From Phycisphaerae bacterium (GTDB taxonomy: Bacteria > Planctomycetota > Phycisphaerae > UBA1845), in NCBI GenBank assembly GCA_022072505.1, contig JAJVHU010000022.1, positions 87,603-151,602 of the forward strand: DNA of 64,000 nucleotides. Reading direction: 5' to 3'. The notes under the pieces were generated by a model. The model worked only from the letters and a program-made list of their open reading frames with translations, had not been told where the DNA came from and searched no databases. The number at the start of each line of letters is the position of its first letter. The stretch's first letter is position 1. This document shows, piece by piece, positions 8,063-17,020 of this stretch. A program made the translations under genes and the position numbers.

Positions 8063-9226
8063 TCAAAACGCCCCATGCCCGGTAATTTCCCGCCCCACGA
8101 TAAGCTGGTGAATCGACTCCGTGCCCTCATACGTGATCACGCTCTCCAGGTTCAGCGCGTGGCGGATCGGGCAGCATTCGATGCTGATGCCGCCGGCGCC
8201 GAGCAGGTCGCGGGCGTCGCGGGCGACGTCGAGGCCCATGCGGACGCAGTGCCACTTCGCCAGCGACACCTGCGAATGGTGCATCGTGCCGGCGTCCTTG
8301 AGTCTGCCAAGTTGCAGGCACAGGAACTGCGACGTGGTGATCTGCCGCACCATGTCCGCCAGGCGCACCTGGATGAGCTGCTTGCGGTCCAGCGTCGTCC
8401 CGAACAGCACGCGCTGCCTGGCGAACTCGAGGCACTCGCGGTAGCAGGCCATCGCCGCGCCGATGCCGCCCCACGCGATGCCGTACCGCGCCTGCGTCAG
8501 GCACCCCAGCGGCGCGCCCAGCCCCTCCGCTTTCGGCAACCGGTTTGCATCCGGCACTTTCACATTGTCGAAGAACAGCTCGCTGGTGATCGAGGCGCGC
8601 AGCGAGAACTTGTGCGGGATGTCGCGCGTGGTGTATCCCGGCATGCCCTTTTCCACGATGAATCCACGAATGCCGTCGTCCGTCGCCGCCCAGACGATCG
8701 CCAGGTCCGCCAGCGAACCGTTGGTGATCCACATCTTCGCGCCGCTGATGACCCAGTCGCCGCCCTTTTTCACCGCCCGCGTCTTCATCGTGCCGGGGTC
8801 CGATCCGCCGTCCGGCTCCGTGAGTCCGAAGCAGCCGATCTTCCGCCCCTTGGCCATCTCGGGCAGGAAGCGCTCTTTCTGCTCCGGCGATCCGTAGGCG
8901 TGGATCGGATACATGCACAACCCGGACTGCACGGAGGCGAAGCTGCGCACGCCGCTGTCGCCGCGCTCCAGCTCCTGCATGATGAGTCCGTAGGCGACGT
9001 TGTTGAGGCCCGCGCAGCCGTAATCGGTGAACGTCGGTCCGAAGAGGCCCATCTCGGCCATCTCGGGCACGAGGTCCATCGGGAAGCGCTCCTTTTCGAA
9101 GCACTCGCCGATGATCGGCAGCACGCGCTCGTCCACCCAGCGGCCGACGGTGTCACGCACCTGGCGCTCGTCGTCGGTGAGGCAGGCGTTGAAGTCGAAC
9201 AAGTCCGGTTGTTTCGTATCAGGCAC
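8063..9226 (-). CDS. gcdH: Acyl-CoA dehydrogenase, glutaryl-CoA dehydrogenase-like
   Basis: GCFGLTEPDGGSDP, GAKMWITN, C-terminal TYEGTESIH; 387 aa. Confidence 0.85.
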   Translation of the reverse strand: MPDTKQPDLFDFNACLTDDERQVRDTVGRWVDERVLPIIGECFEKERFPMDLVPEMAEMGLFGPTFTDYGCAGLNNVAYGLIMQELERGDSGVRSFASVQSGLCMYPIHAYGSPEQKERFLPEMAKGRKIGCFGLTEPDGGSDPGTMKTRAVKKGGDWVISGAKMWITNGSLADLAIVWAATDDGIRGFIVEKGMPGYTTRDIPHKFSLRASITSELFFDNVKVPDANRLPKAEGLGAPLGCLTQARYGIAWGGIGAAMACYRECLEFARQRVLFGTTLDRKQLIQVRLADMVRQITTSQFLCLQLGRLKDAGTMHHSQVSLAKWHCVRMGLDVARDARDLLGAGGISIECCPIRHALNLESVITYEGTESIHQLIVGREITGHGAF

Positions 9227-9249
9227 TTTCGTTCTCCGTATATCCGAGC

Positions 9250-9267
9250 CGCGGGATTCATCCCGCG
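9250..9267. repeat. REP-like hairpin CGCGGGAT-TC-ATCCCGCG
   Basis: Perfect 8-bp stem in the intergenic region upstream of gcdH. Confidence 0.5.
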
Positions 9268-9275
9268 CGATCTTT

Positions 9276-9442
9276 CCGAGCCGCGCCCGTCAGGAAGCGG
9301 TTACGCGCCTAAGACGCTGTTTCAAAACCGAGCCGCGCCCGTCAGGAAGCGGTTACGCGCTAAGACGCTGTTTCAAAACCGAGCCGCGCCCGTCAGGAAG
9401 CGTTCTTTTTCCCATCGGCACCGGCGGTTTTGCAACAGCGTC
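9276..9442. repeat. REP-like unit x3 nested in a MITE-like element with 15-bp terminal inverted repeats
   Basis: CCGAGCCGCGCCCGTCAGGAAGCG at 9276, 9328, 9379; GACGCTGTTTCAAAA (9364-9378) and TTTTGCAACAGCGTC (9428-9442) are 14/15 inverted. Confidence 0.75.
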
Positions 9443-9660
9443 CAAGTCCGAGCCCCGTATCGGGTACGTCCTCTCTCCGAGAGGACGATTGCGCGCGCCG
9501 CAAACCAGCGATTCCACCCGTCCTCATCGCATTGAAGAACCGCTCCTCGTCCAGGCGAGTCACGCACTTCACGTTCGCAGCGCCGACAGGGCCTCTCGGA
9601 GAGAGGCCCTACCCCGCCCGCGCCCGTCCCTCGCGTTCTCCGGCGCCGACCCCGCATCAC

Positions 9661-11901
9661 TCATCCCAAACGGTCGAGCCATGATTGTACAAGGTCGCGC
9701 TCTCGCTTCATCCCGATCCGGGCGAAGAGATCCCGCGCCTGCGTCCAGAGCGTTCGCGCCGCGTCCAGGTTCCCGCGCGTCAGTTCGATCGCCCCCAGGT
9801 TGCCGTACTGGATGGCCATGCCCTCCAGCCGGCCGAGCTTCTCCTCGATGGCCAGCGCCTCCTTAAGGTAGGTCTCCGCCGCGTCGAGGTTCCCGCGCGT
9901 CAGTTCGATCACCCCCAGGTTCCCGTACTGGTTGGCCATACCCTCCAGCCGGCCGAGCTTCTCGTCGATGGCCAGCGCCTTCTTGACCCAGGCCTCCGCC
10001 GCGTCGAGGTTCCCGCGCGTCCGCTCGATCAGCCCCAGGTTGCCGTACTGGTTGGCCATGCCCTCCAGCCGGCCGAGCGTCTCGTTGATGGCCAGCGACT
10101 TCTTGTGGTAGGCCTCCGCCGCGTCCAGGTTCCCGCGCGTCTGTTCGATCAGCCCCAGGTTGCCGTACTGGTTGGCCATGCCCTCCAGCCGGCCGAGCTT
10201 CTCCTCGATGGCCAGCGCCTCCTTAAGGTAGGTCTCCGCCGCGTCGAGGTTCCCGCGCGTCAGTTCGATCAGCCCCAGGTTGCCGTGCTGGATGGCCATG
10301 CCCTCCAGCCGGCCGAGCTTCTCGTCGATGGCCAGCGCCTTCTTGACCCAGGCCTCCGCCGCGTCGAGGTTCCCGCGCGTCCGCTCGATCAGCCCCAGGT
10401 TGCCGTAGCTGTCGGCCATCCCCTCGAGCCGGCCGAACTTCTCTTCGATAGCCAGCGACTTCTTCTGGTAGGCCTCCGCCGCGTCCAGGTTCCCGCGCGT
10501 CTTTTCGATCACCCCCAGGTTGCCGTACGCGTTGGCCATGCCCTCCAGCCGGCCGAGCTTCTCCTCGATGGCCAGCGCCTCCTTAAGGTAGGTCTCCGCC
10601 GCGTCGAGGTTCCCGCGCGTCAGTTCGATCACCCCCAGGTTCCCGTAGCTGTCGGCCATCCCCTCCAGCCGCCCGAGCTTCTCACTGATGGCCAGCGATT
10701 TCCTGAGGTACGCCTCCGCCGCGTCCAGGTTCCCGCGCGTCCCTTCGATCAGCCCCAGGTTGCCGTAGGCAACGGCACGCGCAGCGTCATCGAGCGCCAG
10801 TTGCAGCACCCGCTGATAGCTGGCTTCTGCCCCGGACAGGTCTCCTTGGAGCCTTAAAATGTGTCCGCGGCGGTTGATGGCGTCGAGGTCGTTGGGAACC
10901 ACGGAGAGGATGATGTTGAGTGAACGCTCCGCCTGGTCGATCTCCCCGACGAGATAGGCCCACTCGGCGATCTGTCGGTGCAAATCGAGGGTCTGGGCCT
11001 GCGGCTGCGCTACGAGATCCAGGAGAGCCTCCACGATGGCCTTTCCGCCGCGCTCCTTGAGGGAGTTGACCAAACCCGCCGCATCCTTGACGGCCATCAG
11101 GCCCGCCGCCAGTCGTTCCGCCGCTTCGCGCGCCGATCGCTCCTGGGCAAGCTGCTCGGAGTATTTCCTTTCAAGCTCGTCCGTAAGTCGTCGGCGCAAC
11201 TTATCCTCGCTGAGCTTCTCGCGCCGCGCATGTTCCAGCAGTTCGGCCAAGGCCGCGCCGTGCTCCCGCTGTCCGGTCTTGATATCCGCCAGTGCCGCGC
11301 CTTGCTCCCGCTGTCCGGTCTTGATATCCGCCAGGGCGGCGTTGACCTTCGCGAGTTCAGTGCGCAGGGCAGTCATACCGTCCTTCAGCTCGGCGACGGT
11401 TTCGGGCATGGCCGAGAGGCATTTCTTGAACTCATCGAAGTTGTCGGTGAGCAACTGCTCGATGTGTACGAGCAGGTTGTAGTGCGTCTCGCCCTGGTTC
11501 TGGATTGCTTTAAGAAACTCCTCGTTCGCGGCGTCGCGATGGCGCATCGCTTCGTCGAGCAGGGCGATGCGCTTGAACAAGCCCTCGCCGGTGAATTGGA
11601 GCTGAAAGCCGAGGGCCTCAAGCTCCTTCTCGGCGTGGGCGGAACGCTTGCGGAGGATGTTCAGCGCGGCTTGTTGCTTTTGATTGTCCCGCGCGTCCTT
11701 CTTCTGCCCCTTCCAGGACAGCCCGAGGAAACCGAGGATGCAGCCCCCGGCCAGCGCGATGGGGAACCCGCCGCCTGCGGCAGCGCCGGCGATTGCTCCT
11801 GTCGTGGCGATGTCCGATGCGGTCTGCCACAACCCGTTGGCGGCGAGGTTGTTGAGCAACCCCTTGACGCAGTCCAGGGAACATGCGACGGCGTGCTTCA
11901 T
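9661..11901 (-). CDS. Tetratricopeptide-repeat protein with N-terminal hydrophobic segment and coiled coil
   Basis: Nine near-identical 40-aa units GNLG.IE.TRGNLDAAE....LAI.EKLGRLEGMA. Confidence 0.9.
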   Translation of the reverse strand: MKHAVACSLDCVKGLLNNLAANGLWQTASDIATTGAIAGAAAGGGFPIALAGGCILGFLGLSWKGQKKDARDNQKQQAALNILRKRSAHAEKELEALGFQLQFTGEGLFKRIALLDEAMRHRDAANEEFLKAIQNQGETHYNLLVHIEQLLTDNFDEFKKCLSAMPETVAELKDGMTALRTELAKVNAALADIKTGQREQGAALADIKTGQREHGAALAELLEHARREKLSEDKLRRRLTDELERKYSEQLAQERSAREAAERLAAGLMAVKDAAGLVNSLKERGGKAIVEALLDLVAQPQAQTLDLHRQIAEWAYLVGEIDQAERSLNIILSVVPNDLDAINRRGHILRLQGDLSGAEASYQRVLQLALDDAARAVAYGNLGLIEGTRGNLDAAEAYLRKSLAISEKLGRLEGMADSYGNLGVIELTRGNLDAAETYLKEALAIEEKLGRLEGMANAYGNLGVIEKTRGNLDAAEAYQKKSLAIEEKFGRLEGMADSYGNLGLIERTRGNLDAAEAWVKKALAIDEKLGRLEGMAIQHGNLGLIELTRGNLDAAETYLKEALAIEEKLGRLEGMANQYGNLGLIEQTRGNLDAAEAYHKKSLAINETLGRLEGMANQYGNLGLIERTRGNLDAAEAWVKKALAIDEKLGRLEGMANQYGNLGVIELTRGNLDAAETYLKEALAIEEKLGRLEGMAIQYGNLGAIELTRGNLDAARTLWTQARDLFARIGMKRERDLVQSWLDRLG

Positions 11902-12271
11902 CCGTTTTGGCCTCGGCGGAATGAACGGACGATCCGCGTGTCATTTCGCGCCTCCGGTCGGCGCGGGGTCGTGGGTTCTGCGGGGGTATCGCGTCTCTTC
12001 TGCATGACGGGTTGAAGTTACCGCGGCTTAAACCACGCTTCAAGCGATGTGCCGCATGCGCGCCCGGTCCAATCTTGTCTATGGTGGTGGCCGGAGGAGG
12101 TGACCCGGATGAACCGCCATGCGTCCGCACGGTGCGGCGGAGCCCCCTGGTTCGCCCCGGTAGCGCGGTCTGGCGCCTCCGGCCGCGCAGGGTTCGCGCG
12201 TGCATCGGGGCGCATTATAGTCGTCGTCCGGCGATCCGGCGCGGGTTGGGCGCGGAGGCGCGGGGGCGAGC

Positions 12272-14383
12272 ATGAAGCGAGTTCAAAAGGTCTGGCGAAC
12301 GGCGCTTGCCGACCGGGTTCCGCGCCCCGCGGCGAAGTGGAGCCGGATGTTTCTTCTGGCGACGGTGGTGGGGGTGGTGTGCGGGTCGGCGTCGGCGATG
12401 CTGGAGTGGGCGCTGCACCACGGGGTCAGCGCGGCGGTGGGGCGATATGCGCACCTGGGCAGCGCGACGGCGTGGGAATTCAAATGGGGCGTGCTGCTGC
12501 TGCCGGCGCTGGGGGGGCTGATCTCGGGGCTGGCGGTGCATGGGTTCTGTCGTGATTCGCGGGGACACGGCACGGACCAACTCGTGCGTGCGTTTCACCG
12601 CGATCTCGGGAACCTTCCGCTGCGTGGACCGGTGACGAAGGCGGCGGCGAACGTCGCGGTTCTTTCCTGCGGCGGGTCGACGGGGCCTGAAGGTCCGGTG
12701 GCGGCGCTGGGCGCGGCGATCGGTTCGGCGTTCGGGCGCGTGTTTCCAACGACGGCGCATGAGCGGCGGGTGCTGCTGGTGGCGGGGTGCGCGGCGGGCG
12801 TGGGATCGATCTTCCGCTGTCCGCTGGGCGGCGCGCTTTTTGCGACGAGCGTTCTCTACCGCGAGCCGGAGTACGAGTCGGACGCGATGGTTCCGTCGGT
12901 GGTGGCGTCGGTGATGGGGTATTCGGCGTTCATCTCGTGGATGCCGATGCTGGGGCTTCCGGCGCAGCAGTACCTGCTTCCAGGGGTGCAGCAACTCGGG
13001 TTCGACTCCGCGCGGTGGCTGCTGGTTTATGCGCTTCTGGGTCCGCTTTGCGCGGCGGCGTGCATCCTGCTGAACCTGAGCCTGCGCGTCGTGGAGCGCG
13101 GCGTTGAGGCGTTGCGGCGCGTGCCATCTTGGTTTGCGCCGGCGCTGGGTGGGCTGGCGACGGGGGCGATCGCGTGCCTGTTGCCGCAGGTGATGGACGG
13201 TCGTTACGCGTTCATCCGCAATGCGCTGTCCGGCGAGCTCTTCGCGTTCGGGGCGGGCGACACTTCGGCGCGACAGATGCTCTTCATCGGGCTGGTGCTG
13301 GTGTTCAAATGCGTCGCCACCGGTTGCACGGTCGGGTCCGGGGCGTCGGGCGGGGTGCTGGGTCCGAGCGTGTTTCTGGGCGGCGTGGCGGGGATGCTGC
13401 TGGGGACGGCCTGCGAGTGCGTCTTGCCTGGCGTGTGCCCGGAAAGCGTCCGGCAGGGGCTGATCCCGGTGGGGATGGGCGGCGTCCTGGCGGCAACGAT
13501 GCGCACGCCGCTGGCGGCCGTCGTGATGGTCACCGAGATGACGGGGAGCTACGGGTTGATCGTCCCGCTGATGCTGGTGTGCGTCAGCGCGTACATGCTG
13601 GGGCGTCGGTGGGGGTTGAACCGCGAGCAGGTCGCCACGGCGGCCGAGTCCCCCGCGCATGCGGCTGACGCGATGGTCCACGTGCTCGAGTCGTGGCCGG
13701 TGTCGCGGCTGACCGAGCGCGACTGGAAGGCGGTGGCGACGCCCGCGGCGGGGTTGGAGGAGCTGGCGGCGAAGCTGACGCCGGGGACGCGCCCGGTGTT
13801 CGCGGTGCTGGAAGGGTCGCGCCTGGCGGGCGTGATCTCGATGCCCGATCTTTCGCGGATGCTGGACGAACCGGGGCTGGGGTCGATGCTCATCGCCGCG
13901 GACGTCATGACGGAGCGCGTCGTTTCGGTGTACGAGGACGACGACCTGTATCACGCCCTCGCCGTGTTTCAACGCGAGAATCACGACGTGCTGCCCGTCG
14001 TGACGCGCGACCGGTCGCGGCGCTTCGTCGGGATGCTCACGCGGCGGCGCGTCTTCGAGGCTTTGCGCGAGCACATCCTCGACATGCAGAAGCACGTCTT
14101 CCGCGAGCATGAAGGCCTCGCCGCGATGGAGCGCGAGGGGCAGATCGACCAGCTCATCACCGCCGTCGCGCCGCAACGCACCGACCACGTCCAGCGACTC
14201 CTCGTCCCGCTCGACGCGATCGGGAAATCCCTGCGCGAAGCCGACTTCCGCCGGGCGTTCGGCGCGCAGGTCGTCGCGATCGAGCAACCCGACGGATCCC
14301 TGCAATGCCCGCCGAACATCGATGCCCCGCTCAACTCCGGCCAGCGCCTTCTGGCGATCGTGGATCACGCGGGGACGGGCTGA
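12272..14383 (+). CDS. ClC-family chloride channel/antiporter with CBS pair and TrkA-C-like tail
   Basis: GSTGPEGP, GGVLGPS, EMTGSY motifs; CBS repeats; C-terminal GKSLREADFR...VVAIE. Confidence 0.9.
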   Translation: MKRVQKVWRTALADRVPRPAAKWSRMFLLATVVGVVCGSASAMLEWALHHGVSAAVGRYAHLGSATAWEFKWGVLLLPALGGLISGLAVHGFCRDSRGHGTDQLVRAFHRDLGNLPLRGPVTKAAANVAVLSCGGSTGPEGPVAALGAAIGSAFGRVFPTTAHERRVLLVAGCAAGVGSIFRCPLGGALFATSVLYREPEYESDAMVPSVVASVMGYSAFISWMPMLGLPAQQYLLPGVQQLGFDSARWLLVYALLGPLCAAACILLNLSLRVVERGVEALRRVPSWFAPALGGLATGAIACLLPQVMDGRYAFIRNALSGELFAFGAGDTSARQMLFIGLVLVFKCVATGCTVGSGASGGVLGPSVFLGGVAGMLLGTACECVLPGVCPESVRQGLIPVGMGGVLAATMRTPLAAVVMVTEMTGSYGLIVPLMLVCVSAYMLGRRWGLNREQVATAAESPAHAADAMVHVLESWPVSRLTERDWKAVATPAAGLEELAAKLTPGTRPVFAVLEGSRLAGVISMPDLSRMLDEPGLGSMLIAADVMTERVVSVYEDDDLYHALAVFQRENHDVLPVVTRDRSRRFVGMLTRRRVFEALREHILDMQKHVFREHEGLAAMEREGQIDQLITAVAPQRTDHVQRLLVPLDAIGKSLREADFRRAFGAQVVAIEQPDGSLQCPPNIDAPLNSGQRLLAIVDHAGTG

Positions 14384-14730
14384 CCGTGAAAGACGGAATT
14401 GCCGGATGCTGTCCGCGCTTCGGCACGGTGGGGATGCGGCGCAGTGCGAACCGAAGGCGCGCAATTCGGAGCGGATACGTTCGCGGCGGTGATTCAGGCG
14501 AAGCTGAGAGAGCGGTCTTCAACCTGCCTGAGGTTCAACCCGTCCAGCCTCGCAGAAACAACAACCCGCCGAACGTCACCAACGCTGGAACCGACGCCGT
14601 GAACCATCTTTCCCAGGACATGCGAAGCCTTCCTGCAAGCAAACTTCGCGAGCCGGACGCCTCCAACGTGCGGTCTGATCATACTCGATCACTTGCGTTG
14701 GCGGTACGTCCGAATACGCTCTGATCCGTC

Positions 14731-16578
14731 GTGTCCTTCGATCCCGTCCAGCTTGTGCGAGGGCTTGTTCCGATCCTGCATCGGGAGCGGGACTTCATCG
14801 TCGTGGGGAAGCCGGCGGGCGTGGACGTCGGGCAGTTGCCGGGGTTCGACGCGCCCGGACTGGCTGAGCTCCTGCCGCGGATTTATCCGGATGAAACCTT
14901 CGGGGAGCCGGTGAACCGGCTTAGTCGTTACGAATCCGGGGTATTGATTTTCTCCTCGAACGAAGGATTCCGGGAGGGCATCCGGTCTTCCTGGAACGCG
15001 GAGAAGGTCAGGCAGGATGTCGTCGTCGTGGTGCGCGGGCGGATGAAAAAACGTTCATACACGTTGAGATCGCCGGTCAGAGAGGCGGTCTTGGACGGGG
15101 CGGCGAGCGAGAGGGCAATTCCCGGCAGGAAGGGAAAAACGGAGGTTCGGCGAGCCGTCGCGTCCGGCCGGACCCGAACCGCGGGATCGAAAGTGAAGGG
15201 TTCCGCCGAGACGGCGCCATCCGGGGCGCGGATCGATGTCGAAGCGCTTCACGTCGGGGACCGGCGCTGCGTGGTCCGGTGCCGGACGGCAATGCGGTCG
15301 ATGCATGCGCTCAAGGCCGGTCTGCGGGCGGCGGGGCTTCACCCGCTGGGCGACACACGCGGAGGAACGCGGGGCTTGCGCGACCGTCCGGAACGGGCGT
15401 GCGTTCACTTGAGGCGCGTCGTTTTTGAACACCCGGGGACGCGGCGGACGGTGACGCTGATCGCCCCGGACCCGCCGGGGTTCGCGGAAGTCGCGGACGG
15501 CGTCGAACCGCTGGAGCGGGTGTTTGACAAGGCGCTCGCGCGGCGGATCGAGTGCCTCTTGGATGACACCACCGACGCGTTCCGCGTGCTGTGCGGGGAC
15601 GCGGAGGGTCTGCCGGGCGTCAACATCGACAAGTTCGCCGACGTGATGGTGATTCATCTGCTTGACGGACGGAACACGCCGAACCGCGCCACGCGCGTGG
15701 CGCTGGCCCGACTCCTGCATCGGACGTTCGGCGCGTCCGCCGTGTATCAGAAGATTGCGCCGAAGGACCGCTCGCATCTGCTGGCGGAGGAGGCGGAAGC
15801 GCTGGTGACGGATCGGCCGCTTGCGGGACGGTCGACGGACCCGATCGTTTGCGTGCGTGAGCAGGGGTTGTGCTTCGAGGCGCATCCGCTGGATCCGCTG
15901 GCGGTCGGGATATATCTCGATCACCGTCAGAACCGGGCGCGCGTGCGCGAGCTGTCGGCGGGGAAGCGCGTCCTCAATCTTTTTGCGTACACCTGCGGAT
16001 TCTCCGTCGCGGCGGCCGCGGGGGGCGCGGCGGAAGTCGTCAGCGTGGATCAATCCCGGAAGGCGCTGGCGTGGGGGAAGATCAACTTCGCCCTGAACGG
16101 GCTGATTTCGCCGCCGGAAGCGGCGGCGTCGGAGACGAACGACGGCGACGGCCCGGTCGGCGTCTCGGCGGCGTCGAAGGAAACCCCCGGCGATGATCCC
16201 TCCGCGCCGCGCGCCCGGTACGCTTTCTATCCGGACGAAGTGTTCGAGTTTCTTCGCCGCGCCGACCGGCGTGCGCGAAAGTTCGATCTGATCATTCTGG
16301 ATCCGCCGACGTTCGCCCGGATGAAGAAGCCGAAGCGGGAGTTCCACGTCGAGAAGGATCTCCCCGAGTTGATCCGCGAGTCGCTTCCGCTTCTCGATAA
16401 GGGGGGCACGCTCTTCGTATCAACGAATTACCGGGCGATGTCGGGGGCGAAACTGGTGGAGTTGATCCGGGCCGGCGCCCGGTCGCGGAAGCTGCGGATC
16501 CTGTCCGCGCCCTCTCTGCCCGCGGATTTCGCACCGGACCCGCACCATCACAAAGCCGTGCTCCTTCGGGCGGATTAA
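14731..16578 (+). CDS. Fusion of RluA-like pseudouridine-synthase domain (degenerate) and RlmI/RlmK-like SAM rRNA methyltransferase
   Basis: N-term VVGKPAG, NRLSRYESG; C-term GIYLDHRQNR, VLNLFAYTCGFS, FDLIILDPPTF. Confidence 0.75.
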   Translation: MSFDPVQLVRGLVPILHRERDFIVVGKPAGVDVGQLPGFDAPGLAELLPRIYPDETFGEPVNRLSRYESGVLIFSSNEGFREGIRSSWNAEKVRQDVVVVVRGRMKKRSYTLRSPVREAVLDGAASERAIPGRKGKTEVRRAVASGRTRTAGSKVKGSAETAPSGARIDVEALHVGDRRCVVRCRTAMRSMHALKAGLRAAGLHPLGDTRGGTRGLRDRPERACVHLRRVVFEHPGTRRTVTLIAPDPPGFAEVADGVEPLERVFDKALARRIECLLDDTTDAFRVLCGDAEGLPGVNIDKFADVMVIHLLDGRNTPNRATRVALARLLHRTFGASAVYQKIAPKDRSHLLAEEAEALVTDRPLAGRSTDPIVCVREQGLCFEAHPLDPLAVGIYLDHRQNRARVRELSAGKRVLNLFAYTCGFSVAAAAGGAAEVVSVDQSRKALAWGKINFALNGLISPPEAAASETNDGDGPVGVSAASKETPGDDPSAPRARYAFYPDEVFEFLRRADRRARKFDLIILDPPTFARMKKPKREFHVEKDLPELIRESLPLLDKGGTLFVSTNYRAMSGAKLVELIRAGARSRKLRILSAPSLPADFAPDPHHHKAVLLRAD

Positions 16579-16660
16579 GACGCCGCTGCTTCACCGAGCC
16601 GCGCCCGTCAGGAAGCGTTCTTTTTCCCGTCTGCACCGGCGGTTTCGCAACCGCGTCTAA
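16576..16660. repeat. Second copy of the REP/MITE-like element, flanked by TAA on both sides
   Basis: TAA-GACGC...CCGAGCCGCGCCCGTCAGGAAGCG...TTTCGCAACCGCGTC-TAA; aligns with 9361-9445. Confidence 0.7.
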
Positions 16661-17020
16661 GTCAAAGGACGCCCGTGTGTCGGACGTCCACCCTCCCGGG
16701 CGACCGCCCGGTCAGCAGTTCTTTCACCCGCCGCCGCCGCGCCGCAGCACCAGCCAGAGGAACACGCCCAAGACCGCCACGAGAATGACCTGACCCGCCG
16801 TATCCATCGAAGTCCTTTATATGCCGGAATCAGCGGCAAGTCGCGTGCCGGACCGCGCTGCCCGGCGAACGACGCGATTATTTTGAATTTTTCGCGGAAA
16901 TCCGGATGCCGCAACTCTCTGAGCGGTTATGATGGGTGCAAGGGGACCGCCCGGGTCGAAACCTTCGACTTGCGGCGGGTAAGACGGGTCGTTCGATCAT
17001 GCCGTGGTGGGAGGTCAATT

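Noticed and set aside
1871-8221. Diversity-generating retroelement (TR/VR pair) as explanation for gene-end copies
   Set aside because: Differences are at all four bases and mostly third codon positions, not adenine-specific; no reverse transcriptase in the window.
14384-14730. Small ORFs or ncRNA between the ClC gene and the methyltransferase fusion
   Set aside because: No motif, RBS or convincing fold seen.
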